Source of the DNA: Candidatus Brocadiia bacterium
GTDB lineage: Bacteria > Planctomycetota > Brocadiia > CAIUPP01
Length of the DNA: 64,000 nt
Assembly (NCBI GenBank): GCA_050015075.1
Contig: JBEKCB010000006.1
Location: 1-64,000, forward strand
Direction of reading: 5' to 3'
The position numbers and the translations under genes are program-made. Under the pieces are notes generated by a model. It saw nothing but the letters and a program-made list of their open reading frames with translations, was not told the DNA's origin and did no database searches. Each line of letters starts with the position of its first letter. The first letter of the stretch is position 1. Below are positions 18,321 through 29,424 of the stretch, piece by piece.

Positions 18321-20291
18321 CTACCGCTTGGCGATGCCCGAGACCTTGAACCTGACGACGCGCAACCCGCAGACCTTTCCGAAGTGCGCCACGTCGCTCT
18401 GAAGCCGTTGCATCGCCTGCCGGTTAAAAGGGGAACCATTCATATGGAGCGGGCGCGTGAGCGTCACCTCGGCCTGGGTCAGCGCCACCGCGAGCGCGAT
18501 ATCGCCCCATTCGAGGAACCCGGGCACGTGCACGCCCAGCGAGAAGGGATTCTTTCCAACGGTGTACAGGTAGCTGCCCGGCATTCCGGTCAGGTTCAAT
18601 CGCGCGAACCCTCCGTTCACCGCCGCGCAGAAAAGCGCCGCCAATGCGCCTTCGCCCGTGCCGGCCAGGCTCAGCGGGCCTTTGCTCCTCTTCCGCAGGA
18701 ATGACGCCATCAGTTCGATCCCGCGGGCGCGTTCGCCCATGAATGTCCTGCCCATCCACAGGTACGCCCGGGTCGTGTCGTGGTGAATCGCCGTATTGTG
18801 CTCCAGGTCGCCGAAGCTTCCTTCCGTGAAGAGCAGCACTCCCTGGCCGCGCGCCAGCGCCTGGTCCACCAGCGCCGGGTCCGGCGAGCCGGTTTTTCCT
18901 TCCACCTTGGGGATGATGGTGTAACCCGCCTTCGCATCCTTCGGGACGATGAGCAGAAGCGCGAAATGTTCCCCGCTCACGGTGGAGACCACCATCCGTT
19001 GCCAGGTGCGCCCCTCGATGCTCTCCGGCCCCAGGTCGCGCACGTCCCTGAGAATCAGCGCGTCGCCCATGTGCAGGATCCGGCGCAGCTCTTTGCGCTT
19101 GGCCGCCGGGCTCATGGACTTCTTCGCGCGCGCCTCGGCAATCAACTCCTCTCCGCGTTTGCGGCAGAAGACGGCAATGCTCGGAACGATCGGCGGACGC
19201 TTTCCTTTCCGGAAGCACATGAGCTGCTCCTGCGGCAGCGCACGGAAAAATTTCTCCGGTCGCGGCGAGCCGTCGCCGACGCCCTTGAGCCAGCGGTCGA
19301 ACCAGCCGTACATCGCCTCGCGGACCTCGGTCCAGTAACCGTGCGGGAGATTGAAGACCTGGTAGGTCAGTCGCTCATCCGCTCCCAGCGCCTGGTACAC
19401 CGGCCGCGCCCCCACGAACGAGCGGAGCATCTCCGCCGGATAGAATGACGAGTTGGTATCCTTGAGCGCGTTGCAGATCTTCAGCGCCCGCGGCGCGATC
19501 AGCGCCAGGATGCCGGCCATTTCGGTGAGCAATACCGCGCCCGGCAGCGTCTCGCAGATGCAGTTGGAGCCGGCGACGTAAGCCTCGAACGTTCCCACGC
19601 TCACCACCGGCACCGCCGCCGCGAGCCGCTCGTCCATCGCCGCGACCCACATCGTCTGGTTGCCCCCGCCGCTCGCGCCGGTGACGCCGATCCGGTCCGC
19701 GCGGACGCACGGAAGCGATCGCAGGAGGCTGACCCCGCGCATGTTGTCCACGATCTGCATCCCCATCAACGTCTCGCCGATGTCGTAAACCGAAGTGCCC
19801 AGGTGAGCGCCGTGGTACTCGTAATGGCCGTGCGTCGTAGCGCGCTCGCCGGCGCCGAAGGCATCCACGCTCAGACAGACATACTCCTCGCGAGCAAGGT
19901 GGTGTGCGCGTCCCTGCACACGGTCCGCCAGGTGGCCTTCGCCGAAATGCCCGTGCACGCTGAGCACCGCCGGGAACGGCCCGGCGCCGTCGGGGACGTA
20001 GAGACAACTGGTGACGTAGAACCCCGGGCGACTCTGATAGATGACCTTGTCAATTCGATAGCCGTCCATCCGGATCGTCCCGAGTATCCTCATATCCAGG
20101 TCCAGCGTGTCATCCGGCGCAGTCCCGAGGAGTTCCCAGAGTCGCGCGCGCAGCGTCCGGCGCCAGGGCTCCCATTCGGCGCGGCTCGCCGGAAGGCGGC
20201 GCTCGCAGAACATCCGCGTCGCCTCCAGGCTCATTTGAGTATGGGCGTGCGAGATAAAACCCTTGTCCCAGTCGGCAAGCGATCTTTCCAT
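18321..20291 (-). CDS. Two-domain alpha/beta-hydrolase (acetylxylan-esterase-like)
   Basis: IGVTGASGGG nucleophile elbow, VHGH, CICE, ALIAPRAL, PHGY. Confidence 0.8.
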   Translation of the reverse strand: MERSLADWDKGFISHAHTQMSLEATRMFCERRLPASRAEWEPWRRTLRARLWELLGTAPDDTLDLDMRILGTIRMDGYRIDKVIYQSRPGFYVTSCLYVPDGAGPFPAVLSVHGHFGEGHLADRVQGRAHHLAREEYVCLSVDAFGAGERATTHGHYEYHGAHLGTSVYDIGETLMGMQIVDNMRGVSLLRSLPCVRADRIGVTGASGGGNQTMWVAAMDERLAAAVPVVSVGTFEAYVAGSNCICETLPGAVLLTEMAGILALIAPRALKICNALKDTNSSFYPAEMLRSFVGARPVYQALGADERLTYQVFNLPHGYWTEVREAMYGWFDRWLKGVGDGSPRPEKFFRALPQEQLMCFRKGKRPPIVPSIAVFCRKRGEELIAEARAKKSMSPAAKRKELRRILHMGDALILRDVRDLGPESIEGRTWQRMVVSTVSGEHFALLLIVPKDAKAGYTIIPKVEGKTGSPDPALVDQALARGQGVLLFTEGSFGDLEHNTAIHHDTTRAYLWMGRTFMGERARGIELMASFLRKRSKGPLSLAGTGEGALAALFCAAVNGGFARLNLTGMPGSYLYTVGKNPFSLGVHVPGFLEWGDIALAVALTQAEVTLTRPLHMNGSPFNRQAMQRLQSDVAHFGKVCGLRVVRFKVSGIAKR

Positions 20292-20388
20292 GGACGGTAT
20301 TCCTTGTGATATGCGTATTCGCGGGCGCGCCGCCGTGTCGGAGAGATCGTACTGACGCGACCTCTAAAAAGCAAGGTCAAGCGTTCAT

Positions 20389-21957
20389 TCAGACGCCCTG
20401 GGCGGCGGCGCCGTCCGAGCGCGCCGACTCGACCAGGCGCTGTTTCCGATTCCAGAGGCGCTCGCTGAGCGAGACGTGATAGACGTGCGGATTCACGAAC
20501 CGCTTCACGCCCGGGTCGAGCCGGTCCACGTCCGCCTTTCGCCGCGCGCGCATCTCCTCGATCGTCGGCGAATCACCGACGCGCCGGCCTTCCTCCAGGA
20601 CCTTCACCAGCAGCGGTTCGACCGTCTGGATTTCCTCGCGGGCCAGGACCCTGCGCTTGGAAGGTTCCGTCGGATGCTGCAGGATGACCTGCGCCATCTG
20701 TCGGGGATCCTCGTCGGGCAGGCCGAGCAAGTCGGCCGTAGCCAGCCCGCGGCGGTCATAGAGCCGCCAGACGCCCTTTTCGCCGGGGTTGAGAGTCTTC
20801 TCAGGCACCTCGGAGAGTTTGATCGCGGGCGCCCACTGCTTCCCGTCGTGCACCGCGGCGAGCTTGTAAACGCCGTCGAGCGCGGGCGCGCCTTCGGAGC
20901 TGATGAGCCGCGTGCCGACGCCGAACATCAGGCGGCGGATCAGCCGGCCCGGATCCATGCCCCAGCGAGGCGCTTCCTCCTCGATCTGCGTGAGGATCTG
21001 CCAGATGACAAGCTCGTCGAGCTGGTTCGAGAGAAGGATGCACGGATCGGGAAAGCCCGCGGCGTCGAGCATCTTAGCCGCCTGGATGCTCAGGTACGCC
21101 AGGTCGCCCGAGTCGAGGCGGATGCCCGCCGGCCGGTGTCCCTGCCGGCGCAGTTCCTCGAAGACCCGGATGGCGTTCGGTATGCCGCTGCCGAGCGTGT
21201 CCACCGTGTCCACGAGCAGCAGGCAGTCATCGGGATAGACTTCGGCGTAGGCGCGGAATGCGCCGAGTTCGCCCTCGCCGAGGGCCATGAAAGCCTGCAC
21301 CATGCTGTGCGCGTGCGTGCCCTTGGCCGGGAAGCCGAGCGCGCGAGAGATGCCGACGTTCGAGCTGAAGTCCGCTCCGCCGATCAGCGCCGCCCGTGTG
21401 CCGGCGTTGGCGCCCCGCTCCTGCGCGCGGCGCATGCCGAACTCCACCAGCGGCTGCTCATGCGCGCTCTGCCGGATGCGCGCCGCCTTGGTCGCCACCA
21501 GCGTCTGGTAGTTGAGCTGGTTGAGCAGCGCGGTCTCGAGGATCTGCGCCATGGCCAGCGGGCCCTCGACCACGGTGATCGGTTCCTGCGGGTGAACCAC
21601 GCGGCCCTCGGGGACCGCGGCCATGCTGATCCCATCGAAGCCGCCGTTCGAGGCCAGCCAGCCCAGGAAGTCGTCGCCGAAGAGCCGCCGGCCCGTCTGG
21701 CCCGCCTGGCCGCGGAGGTACTCGATATCCTCATTCCGGAACCGGGTCTCGCGCATCCAGTCCAGGAGCCATCCCAGGCCGGCATTGACGCAGTACCCCG
21801 CGCGATGCGAACCGTAGTCGGGGTAGTGCCGGAAGAAGTGCTCGAACCTGGCGCGCTTCTCGTGCAGGCCCTTCCGGAAGTAGAGCTGCGCCATGGTCAG
21901 CTCGTACATGTCCGTGAAGAGGATGCCTTCGGCCATGCGCCGGTCAGCCGAGTTCAT
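20389..21957 (-). CDS. pncB: Nicotinate phosphoribosyltransferase
   Basis: [52 protein letters not shown]. Confidence 0.95.
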   Translation of the reverse strand: MNSADRRMAEGILFTDMYELTMAQLYFRKGLHEKRARFEHFFRHYPDYGSHRAGYCVNAGLGWLLDWMRETRFRNEDIEYLRGQAGQTGRRLFGDDFLGWLASNGGFDGISMAAVPEGRVVHPQEPITVVEGPLAMAQILETALLNQLNYQTLVATKAARIRQSAHEQPLVEFGMRRAQERGANAGTRAALIGGADFSSNVGISRALGFPAKGTHAHSMVQAFMALGEGELGAFRAYAEVYPDDCLLLVDTVDTLGSGIPNAIRVFEELRRQGHRPAGIRLDSGDLAYLSIQAAKMLDAAGFPDPCILLSNQLDELVIWQILTQIEEEAPRWGMDPGRLIRRLMFGVGTRLISSEGAPALDGVYKLAAVHDGKQWAPAIKLSEVPEKTLNPGEKGVWRLYDRRGLATADLLGLPDEDPRQMAQVILQHPTEPSKRRVLAREEIQTVEPLLVKVLEEGRRVGDSPTIEEMRARRKADVDRLDPGVKRFVNPHVYHVSLSERLWNRKQRLVESARSDGAAAQGV

Positions 21958-24221
21958 GGCGCGGAGCCCTTCCGGCCAAGAACCTCTCCGGTCTGCACGA
22001 ACACGGCGCCGGCCCGCGCCATCTCCTCTCGGGCGGCGGCGATGTCGCCGGGCTTGACTTCGATGCCGCGGATAGCGTCCTCGATTACAAAAACGTCGAA
22101 GCCCAGCTTTCGCGCGTCCAGCACAGTGGCTTTCACGCAGTACTCCGTCGCGAGGCCGCCGATCCAGAGCCGCCGGATTCCCCGGGCCTTCAGCGCCGCC
22201 GGCAACTCCGGCGCGTCAAAAGCCGAGTAGGCCTCTTTGGCCGGATCGGTCGCCTTGGAGACCACCAGGTCAATCGCCCGAGTATTAAGATCGGGATGAA
22301 AGTCGGCGCCCGGCGTGTTCTGCACACAGTGGTCCGGCCACGGCCCGCCGGCGCGTTTGAATGAGCAGTGATCGGCCGGATGCCAGTCGCGCGTGGCCAC
22401 GCGGAACAGCTTCTTCACGCGCAGCCACTGGTTCAGCGGCGGCACAACCTCGTCGCCGCGCGGCACCGGCAGCGCTCCGCCGGGGCAGAAATCCCGCTGC
22501 ACGTCCTCGAGGACCAGAGCATCGGTCGCCGTGTTGATCCGCGCAGTTCCGGCGGTCTGCCGAATATGTTCCGGCCGGCCGGTCGCGCCGGCGGCGGGGT
22601 TTTCCGACGCGCCCTGATGGTCCGGCACGCCGGACGCATGCAACCGTATGGCGGCGATCAAGTCCTCGGACGGTCCTCCTTTAGTCAGGTAGGCAACCGC
22701 GCCGGCGTCGCGCAGCGCCGTCGCCACGTCGTTGTCCGTGTGCATGGACAGCCCGATCACCTTGATGTTCGGGCTCGCGGCCAGAATTCGCTTCGTGGCT
22801 TCCACGCCGTTCATCCCAGCGCCGAGGTTGATGTCCATGATGATGACGTCGGGCTGAAGTTTCGCGGCCAGTTCGACGGCGACGGGGCCGTCGGCGGCCT
22901 GGCCAACGACCTCGATATCCGGCTCAAACTGGATGATGCCCGCGAGTCCTTCGCGCATGATCTTGTGATCGTCAACAATGAGGACGTGGCGAACGGCTGT
23001 CTTATCGCGCACGATGATCTTGCCGGCTTGCTCTTCCGTTCCAGCCGTCTCATCCCCAATCCGGGCGTGCGGTTGCGCGGCACCGACGGGGATCGTCAAG
23101 GTGATCGTGGTTCCTTTGCCCGGCGCGGTCGCGATGTACATCTCGCCGCCGATGTGGGCCAGCCTCTGCTCGATGCTGAACAGGCCGAAGCTGATCTCGT
23201 CGGCGCGGCGTTTCTTGAGCAGGTCGGGATCGAACCCCTTGCCCTGATCGCGGACGATCAGTTTGATGCGGTCGTCTTTCGTCCGCAGCAGCATCACCTG
23301 CGCTTCCAGGACGCCGGAATGTTTGACGGCGTTCAGGAGCAGTTCGCGCACGCACTCGAAGAGGAGAAACCGCGTCGCTTCCGTGGCCGGCTCGGCCTTG
23401 TTGTCCGCGTGCAGATGGACTGCGAACTGATTCGTTTGCTGCGTGCGGGAGGCCAGCCAGTTCAGGGCGCCGATCAACCCCGCCGTGTGGAGCACGGGCG
23501 GGCTCAATTCGACCGCCAGCGAGCGGGACGCCTCCAGGGCTTCCTTGAGAATGCCGTCCAGACCCTTTGCCGCGGCTTGTCTCCGATCCGGATTGTTGTC
23601 GCGCTTCAGCCACTCCACCTGCATTCGTGCCGCGACCAGCAATTGCTGGATGTGGTCGTGCAGAATGGTGGACAAGCGCTTGCGCTCGCGTTGCTCCGCC
23701 TGGGTCAGTTCCGTCGCCAGCGCGCGGAGTTGGTCGGCCTGCTGTCGCACTTCTGCGGTTCGTTCAACCACACGCTGTTCGAGCGATTGATTCAACTCGC
23801 GCAACTTCTCCTCGATCTGTTTGCGTTCGATCGCGTAGCGTATGGCGCTGGCGACGGACCGGGCATCGGCGCTCCCCTTGATGAGGTAATCCTGCGCTCC
23901 CTGGCGGATCGCCTCGGCGCCGGTCGTCTCATCGTCGGCGCCGGTCATGATGACGATGGGCAGTCCGGGGAATTCGGTCTGAACGCGCGTGAAAGTGGCA
24001 AGGCCCGTGCTGTCCGGTAACCCCAGGTCCAGCAATACCACGTCGAACTTCTGTTCGCGCAGTTTCGCCATCGCCGTGTCGAGCCGTTCCGCCACCATCA
24101 CCTCATAGCGCGCACCGCGACCCTGGCGCAGGCCGTGCTGGATAAGATGGGCGTCCGAGGGGCTATCTTCGACGAGCAGTACTTTGGCCGTCATAGTGTC
24201 CAATTCAGCGGCATCCTTCAA
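21954..24221 (-). CDS. Hybrid sensor kinase (REC-HisKA_3-HATPase-REC) fused to a C-terminal nicotinamidase (PncA) domain
   Basis: REC1 (LLVEDS...LLDLGLPD); H-box LHDHIQQ; N/G boxes [17 protein letters not shown]; REC2 (LIVDDH...IMDINL); then [33 protein letters not shown]. Alternative start ATG 24194. Confidence 0.85.
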   Translation of the reverse strand: MKDAAELDTMTAKVLLVEDSPSDAHLIQHGLRQGRGARYEVMVAERLDTAMAKLREQKFDVVLLDLGLPDSTGLATFTRVQTEFPGLPIVIMTGADDETTGAEAIRQGAQDYLIKGSADARSVASAIRYAIERKQIEEKLRELNQSLEQRVVERTAEVRQQADQLRALATELTQAEQRERKRLSTILHDHIQQLLVAARMQVEWLKRDNNPDRRQAAAKGLDGILKEALEASRSLAVELSPPVLHTAGLIGALNWLASRTQQTNQFAVHLHADNKAEPATEATRFLLFECVRELLLNAVKHSGVLEAQVMLLRTKDDRIKLIVRDQGKGFDPDLLKKRRADEISFGLFSIEQRLAHIGGEMYIATAPGKGTTITLTIPVGAAQPHARIGDETAGTEEQAGKIIVRDKTAVRHVLIVDDHKIMREGLAGIIQFEPDIEVVGQAADGPVAVELAAKLQPDVIIMDINLGAGMNGVEATKRILAASPNIKVIGLSMHTDNDVATALRDAGAVAYLTKGGPSEDLIAAIRLHASGVPDHQGASENPAAGATGRPEHIRQTAGTARINTATDALVLEDVQRDFCPGGALPVPRGDEVVPPLNQWLRVKKLFRVATRDWHPADHCSFKRAGGPWPDHCVQNTPGADFHPDLNTRAIDLVVSKATDPAKEAYSAFDAPELPAALKARGIRRLWIGGLATEYCVKATVLDARKLGFDVFVIEDAIRGIEVKPGDIAAAREEMARAGAVFVQTGEVLGRKGSAP

Positions 24222-24664
24222 CGTCTGGCGGGCAGCGCCACGACCGTGAGCCAGAAACTCTCGATGGATTTCACGATTTCCAGAAAGCGCTCGAAGTTAA
24301 CCGGTTTGGTGACATAGCAGTTGGCGTGAAGCTTGTAGGAACGAATGATGTCCTCTTCAGCCTTGGAGGTCGTCAGGACGACCACCGGAATCATTTTGAG
24401 GTCCGGGTCGTCCTTCAGCTCTGCGAGGACTTCGCGCCCGTCTTTACGCGGGAGGTTCAGGTCGAGCAGGATCAGGTCCGGCTGCTCCGCCTGCGAATAG
24501 GCGCCCTGGCGCCGCAGGAACTCCATGGCCTGGACGCCGTCCTGCACGTGGAAGACCTTGTTGGCCATCTTGGCCGTTTTCAACGCGGTCAGAGTCAGCT
24601 CGGCGTCGGTGGGGCTGTCCTCGACCAGCAGAATCTGAATCGGTCGCACGGTTGTCGGCGTCAT
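24218..24664 (-). CDS. Single-domain response regulator (Rcp1-like)
   Basis: [31 protein letters not shown]. Confidence 0.92.
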   Translation of the reverse strand: MTPTTVRPIQILLVEDSPTDAELTLTALKTAKMANKVFHVQDGVQAMEFLRRQGAYSQAEQPDLILLDLNLPRKDGREVLAELKDDPDLKMIPVVVLTTSKAEEDIIRSYKLHANCYVTKPVNFERFLEIVKSIESFWLTVVALPARR

Positions 24665-27594
24665 TCGTCGCTCCTCTTGTCAAAAATGGTGAAGAAGAAA
24701 GTCGTTCCCTCTCCGGGCTGCGACTCAAACCAGATTCTACCAGAATGCCGTTCAACAATCTTCTTGCACACGGCAAGGCCGATCCCCGTGCCGGGATACT
24801 CAAGGCGCGAATGGAGTCGCTGAAAGATCAGAAAAATCCGGTCATGATACTTCGGCTCGATGCCGATCCCGTTGTCGCGGACGCTGAATACCCATGCGTC
24901 TTTCTCCCGCCTGGCCCCGATGTGGATGTCCGGCGCGCGTGGACCGTGGAACTTGATGGCGTTGCCGACGAGGTTCTGCAGCAATTGAACCATTTGGGAC
25001 GGGTCGGCCGCGATCGTCGGCAGCGGATCGCTGCGAATGACCGCGCGGCTCGCCTCGATGGCGGCGCTCAGGTTGCCCACGGCGTCGTCCAGCGCCTGCT
25101 TCATGTCCACAGGCGTGCGGGCTCCGCCCCGGGAGCCTACGCGCGAGTAGGTCAGCAGGTCGTTGATCAGCGCCTGCATCCGTTCGGCCCCCTCGACGAC
25201 ATGGCCGATGTACTTCTGGCCGTCGGCATCCAGCCTGTCCTTAAGCTGCTGCTTGAGAAGGGACGCGAAGCCACCCACGGCCCTGAGCGGCTCCTGGAGG
25301 TCATGGGAGGCGACGTAGGCAAACTGCTCAAGGTCCTTGTTGGAGCGCGACAACTCGGCCGCGGTCTTCTCCAGTTCCGAGGTCCGCTGCTTGACCAGTT
25401 CCTCCAGTTGAAGGCGGTATCGGGCCAACTCCTGTTCCATCTTGTTCCGCTCTGTGACATCGCGGGCGGCGGCGAAAACGCCTTGCACTTCGCCGGCCTC
25501 ATTCCGGTAAATCGTGGCGTTGTACAGGACATCGGCGGTGCGGCCGGCACTGTGACGGACCGTCAGAGGGTAGTCGCGCACAAAACCGTCCGATAGCACC
25601 TTCCGATACCCCGCGCCGGCCCTTTCGGGATCGGTGAAGTAGCTGGAGAAATCGGTGCCGATCAGACGCTGGCGCGGAATGCCCGTGGCTTCCTCCGTCG
25701 CCTTGTTCACGTCGGTGATCTTTCCGTCAGGGCTGATGGTGACCAGCGGGTCGAGGCTGGCTTCGAGCAGGCTGCGGGCGTAGAGCGAGGCGACGCGCAG
25801 TTGGGCCTCCATCCGGTTGTGTTCAGTCACGTCGCGGGCGGCGGCGAACACGCCCTGCACCGCGCCCGCTTCGTTGCGATAAACCGTGGCGTTATACAGC
25901 ACGTCGGTGGTGCGGCCGGAGGCGTGGCGGACGGTCAGCGGATAATCGCGCACCGTGCCGTCGCGCAGCACTTGCTGGTAACCGGCGTTGGCCTTCGATG
26001 GCTCGGTGAAGTAGTCGGAGAAGTGGGTGCCGACGAGTTGCGCGCGTGGCACACCCGTCGCCGACTCCGTCGCCGCGTTGACGTCGGTGACGTTTCCATC
26101 GGGGCTGATGGTGACCAGCGGGTCAAGGCTGGCTTCGAGCAGGCTGCGGGCGTAAAGGGCTGTCGCGCGCAACTCCTCCGTGCGCTCAACCACACGCTTT
26201 TCGAGCGTCAGGTTCATCTCGCGCAACGCCTCCTCGGCGGACTTTTGCCGGGTGATGTCGGTGCTGACTTCCAGGATGTCCAGCGGCTTGCCGCGTTCAT
26301 CGCGGCGCAGTGCCCAGAGGAGCGCCACAGGAATCCGGGTCCCGTCCTTGGTGCGGCGAGTCACTTCGCCTTCCCAGCGGCCGTTCAACTCCAGATCGGC
26401 GTGAATCTGCTCCAGCGGCCGGTCGAAATGCGTCTGCAGCAATTCTGAAGCAGGCTTGCCCTCGGTCTCCTCGGCATCATAGCCATAAAGCCTGCGGTTA
26501 CCATCGCTCCAGCGGATGATGCGGTCATCCAGACTCCGGGCCAACAGGTTGCCGAGGTTCACCAGGGCCAGTTCCTTTTCCTGCGCGGCGCCGACGACTT
26601 CGGCTACGCGGGCGCGGCGCAAGCGCTCCGCCAGGAGGCTCAGGAAAATGCCTGCGCCGGCAAAGATGCCCAACGATACAGCGTCGGCCGCATGGGCGAT
26701 ACTGAACGACCCTGTCGGCGCAACGAACCAATAGTCGGCTGCCAGCACGGTCAGGACCGTGGCCACGACTCCTGGTCCGCCGCCGGCGACCGTCGCCGCC
26801 AGGAGGACCGCCGGATAGAAGGTGATGAACATGGGCACAGGCCCGACATGCTGCTCCAACCAGCTTTTCAGCCAGGCGGCCAGGGCAATGACCGCCGCCG
26901 CGAAGGCGTACCGGACGGCGGTTCCGGGCCATTTCCTGCCGGCGCCGCCTAATCGCAGATTACGATCTGCCAGCCGCACCGTGCGTATGAGGATGACCCC
27001 CGCAACCCCCAGAATGGCCAGCGACAGCAGCACGCCCAAGCCCAGCGTCAGCATGCTTTGCCGGGCGACCTTGCCGGCATCGCGACTCCGCGCGTCCAGC
27101 AAACGGTTCTCACGCTGCTCCATCACCGCGACGAGGTCCCGGATTTCGTCCGTGATGCGCTCGCCTTTCCCGCTGCTAATGATCGGCAAGGCCGCCTCCA
27201 AGCCGCCTTCCCTGCGATGCTGGATGAAATCCTTAAGAATATCGAGTTTTTCGCTGCAAAGCTTCTGAAGTTGCTCAAGGTCTCTCTGTTGATCGGGGTT
27301 GTCCCGGGTCAAGTATTTGACCGAGGCGACGTCGTTCTGAAACTCCGCGATGGCCGAGTCATACGGCGCCAGGAATTGCGCATCGCCGGTCAGAACAAAG
27401 CCTCGCGCGCCGGTTTCGGCCATCATGACCACCGATTGAACGCGCTCCAGGTTCTGCAGCACCTCGTGAGTATGGTCCACCCAGTCCTTGCTCTCGGTCA
27501 ACCGCTGGATAACCAGGTAGGATCGGACGCCCACGAAGCTGATGATCAGCAGCCCCAGGATTAACGCGACGGTGATTTTCGCTCCAAGTTTCAT
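24661..27594 (-). CDS. Membrane sensor histidine kinase: CHASE3, DUF4118-like TM block, 3 PAS, HisKA-HATPase
   Basis: [11 protein letters not shown]...LTRDNPDQQ (CHASE3); [10 protein letters not shown] block; PAS repeats; [36 protein letters not shown]. Confidence 0.92.
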   Translation of the reverse strand: MKLGAKITVALILGLLIISFVGVRSYLVIQRLTESKDWVDHTHEVLQNLERVQSVVMMAETGARGFVLTGDAQFLAPYDSAIAEFQNDVASVKYLTRDNPDQQRDLEQLQKLCSEKLDILKDFIQHRREGGLEAALPIISSGKGERITDEIRDLVAVMEQRENRLLDARSRDAGKVARQSMLTLGLGVLLSLAILGVAGVILIRTVRLADRNLRLGGAGRKWPGTAVRYAFAAAVIALAAWLKSWLEQHVGPVPMFITFYPAVLLAATVAGGGPGVVATVLTVLAADYWFVAPTGSFSIAHAADAVSLGIFAGAGIFLSLLAERLRRARVAEVVGAAQEKELALVNLGNLLARSLDDRIIRWSDGNRRLYGYDAEETEGKPASELLQTHFDRPLEQIHADLELNGRWEGEVTRRTKDGTRIPVALLWALRRDERGKPLDILEVSTDITRQKSAEEALREMNLTLEKRVVERTEELRATALYARSLLEASLDPLVTISPDGNVTDVNAATESATGVPRAQLVGTHFSDYFTEPSKANAGYQQVLRDGTVRDYPLTVRHASGRTTDVLYNATVYRNEAGAVQGVFAAARDVTEHNRMEAQLRVASLYARSLLEASLDPLVTISPDGKITDVNKATEEATGIPRQRLIGTDFSSYFTDPERAGAGYRKVLSDGFVRDYPLTVRHSAGRTADVLYNATIYRNEAGEVQGVFAAARDVTERNKMEQELARYRLQLEELVKQRTSELEKTAAELSRSNKDLEQFAYVASHDLQEPLRAVGGFASLLKQQLKDRLDADGQKYIGHVVEGAERMQALINDLLTYSRVGSRGGARTPVDMKQALDDAVGNLSAAIEASRAVIRSDPLPTIAADPSQMVQLLQNLVGNAIKFHGPRAPDIHIGARREKDAWVFSVRDNGIGIEPKYHDRIFLIFQRLHSRLEYPGTGIGLAVCKKIVERHSGRIWFESQPGEGTTFFFTIFDKRSDE
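25450..26160 (-). repeat. Intragenic tandem PAS duplication (offset 372 bp)
   Basis: [21 protein letters not shown]...AARDVTE occurs twice; GGGCTGATGGTGACCAGCGGGTC at 25730 and 26102. Confidence 0.85.
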
Positions 27595-28164
27595 TTAGAG
27601 TTCTCCAAGGCCATCGAACTCCTCTCTAACGTCCAGACCTGCGCTGCGACAAACGACGAGGGGTTGTACGGTCGCTGATTTCGCGCATGGTCATGCGGTC
27701 CTCGTTCTTTCCGGACGGGCGCCACAGTTTCCCGCCGGAAGATTGCGTGATACCGCGACGCTTTCCGCCAGCACGCGGAAGCTTTTTTCACTGCCTGGCG
27801 CGGACGCGCAAGATCCGGTTTTTACGTTCGCTGCCTTCGCACGCGCGCCATTCCTGGACTTGTTCGTTTGCATGGCTGGGTTCTCCTTTCAGGCGCTTCA
27901 CATTGCTGAATGTGCCGATGCCACGAGCTTTCCCCTGCCCGGCGACGCCGACGTCAGCGCGATTATCCCACAATTGCGTTCGTTGATCCAACATGGAAGG
28001 CGGCCTCATCGGCGTCATGCCGGCGCCTCGCAGCGGGGTTTGTCCTATGCGAAGAGCGGGGAGACACCCGATTGTTTGCCGCCGTCGCTCTGCTAGAATG
28101 CCGGACGTGGGGCGAGAACTGGACGTCGGGGAATGCGGGGGCAAACCCGGACGGCCGGATAAAA

Positions 28165-28202
28165 GCAAGACGGCTCGACGTGAAGACGTCGAGCCGTCTT
28201 GC
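28165..28202. terminator. Perfect 17-bp-stem hairpin downstream of tmRNA (terminator or REP-like)
   Basis: GCAAGACGGCTCGACGT-GAAG-ACGTCGAGCCGTCTTGC. Confidence 0.5.
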
Positions 28203-28253
28203 CTTCCAGGATAAGGAAAAGGGCACTCGCGTCAGCAAGCGCCCTTCTCGCAT

Positions 28254-28615
28254 TGGTGGAGGCGGGGGGAATCGAACCCCCGTGCCGTGGCACTTCAACA
28301 GAAGCTTCTACGTGTGTGTTCCATCATTTGTCTTTTCTAGACCCTCAGGACTCCGATGGACAGGATTCCAGTTGGACCCGAGCCCGGACTTATCATTTCC
28401 CCACAACCCCGCCAGGCAGAAGGTTGCAAGTAGCCTGCTCTTGTCGCCCATTCCGGCCTCGCAGGCAAGACCGGATGAGCGTCGCAGCTAATTAGGCTGC
28501 GAGAGAGTAGTGCGTTTCAGCACTTAGTGTTTTTGCCGGGTGTTTAACGAGGCCTCCCGACAACCTCGACACGCCACTCCTGCATCATATTGCCCGGTCG
28601 AAGCCTTTCGCCCCC
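28254..28615 (-). ncRNA. ssrA: tmRNA, tag peptide (A)AETHYSLAA
   Basis: 5' GGGGGCGAAAGGCTTCGAC; 3' GGTTCGATTCCCCCCGCCTCCACCA; tag ORF GCT GAA ACG CAC TAC TCT CTC GCA GCC TAA at 28521-28492; 362 nt. Confidence 0.95.
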
Positions 28616-28746
28616 GGACAACCCGCAGAGGATCCGCTGCTGAAGCGAAAATTCCTCAACAGCGGTCTTGATCTGATTATATAGCGCCGCGACAGTTTTT
28701 GCAAAAGCGCCGGCCCGTTTTCGCGAGCGCGGAAGAGCTTTCGCGG

Positions 28747-29082
28747 TCACTCGAGGAGCACGTTCAGCTTCTGGAGAACGTCCTGCACGGCGGCTTCGGG
28801 CAACTCACAGCAGAGGGTTGCTCTTCTGGCGTGCCAGTCGAGACTCTTGACCTGATCGGAAAGCACGACTCCCGTGAGCTTGAGGCCGGTCGGTATTTGG
28901 ACTTCAAACGGATAGCCCTTGGCGTGACTGGTCACAGGGCAAAACAAAGCCAGGCCGACCTTTCGGTTGTACGCCTCGGGCGACAGAACCAATGCGGGAC
29001 GACGCCCTACCTGCTCGTGACCCGCTTGAGGATCGAATGCCAGCCAGACTATGTCGCCCCGTTTCGGACAATAGGCGGCCAT
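28747..29082 (-). CDS. mazF: MazF/PemK endoribonuclease toxin
   Basis: PKRGDIVW..FDPQAGHEQ.GRRPALVLS, CPVTS, DQVKSLDW. Confidence 0.95.
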   Translation of the reverse strand: MAAYCPKRGDIVWLAFDPQAGHEQVGRRPALVLSPEAYNRKVGLALFCPVTSHAKGYPFEVQIPTGLKLTGVVLSDQVKSLDWHARRATLCCELPEAAVQDVLQKLNVLLE

Positions 29083-29324
29083 TACAACGTCTCCCGGCCC
29101 ACAGGCATGCCCGCATCAATTTCTCGGTGCAGATTCTTCTTCGTCACATTCTTGAGCAATTCATCAAGCCGATAACGCCCGCGTCGAGTCCGGGCGACCA
29201 CGATCTTTCCGTCTCGAACCGAGATGTCCACCGCGGAACCGGAGGTCAGCCGGGCATCCCTCGCGTACGAGCGGGGAATCCGCACCGCCAGACTATTACC
29301 CCATTTCTGAACTTTCGCAACCAT
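29082..29324 (-). CDS. mazE: MazE/AbrB-type antitoxin
   Basis: KVQKWGNSLAVRIP...YRLDELL...HREID.G.PVGRE; 1-bp overlap with mazF. Confidence 0.93.
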   Translation of the reverse strand: MVAKVQKWGNSLAVRIPRSYARDARLTSGSAVDISVRDGKIVVARTRRGRYRLDELLKNVTKKNLHREIDAGMPVGRETL

Positions 29325-29339
29325 GTCTGTCCTCAATAA

Positions 29340-29360
29340 TGTATCTACAATGAGGATACA
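29340..29360. promoter_or_regulatory. Probable mazEF autoregulatory operator
   Basis: TGTATC-N9-GATACA palindrome just upstream of mazE. Confidence 0.55.
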
Positions 29361-29424
29361 CTACGCATCGCGATAACGCAAGCCGCGCCGGCCCGCCACT
29401 GTCGCCTGCCGCGCCTCCGCCGCC

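Noticed and set aside
20476-24020. 584-aa and 550-aa plus-strand ORFs
   Set aside because: Antisense shadows of pncB and the hybrid kinase, expected at high GC3.
27962-27971. DnaA-box-like TTATCCCACA
   Set aside because: Imperfect and isolated; no box cluster or dnaA, so there is no evidence for oriC.
28136-28170. c-di-GMP-I riboswitch (GGGCAAACC)
   Set aside because: Lacks the GAAA tetraloop and the GGACGCAAAGC segment, and has no downstream plus-strand gene.
28254-28300. tRNA gene, or att site of an integrated island
   Set aside because: It is the tRNA-like 3' end of tmRNA; I found no second copy and no integrase in the window.
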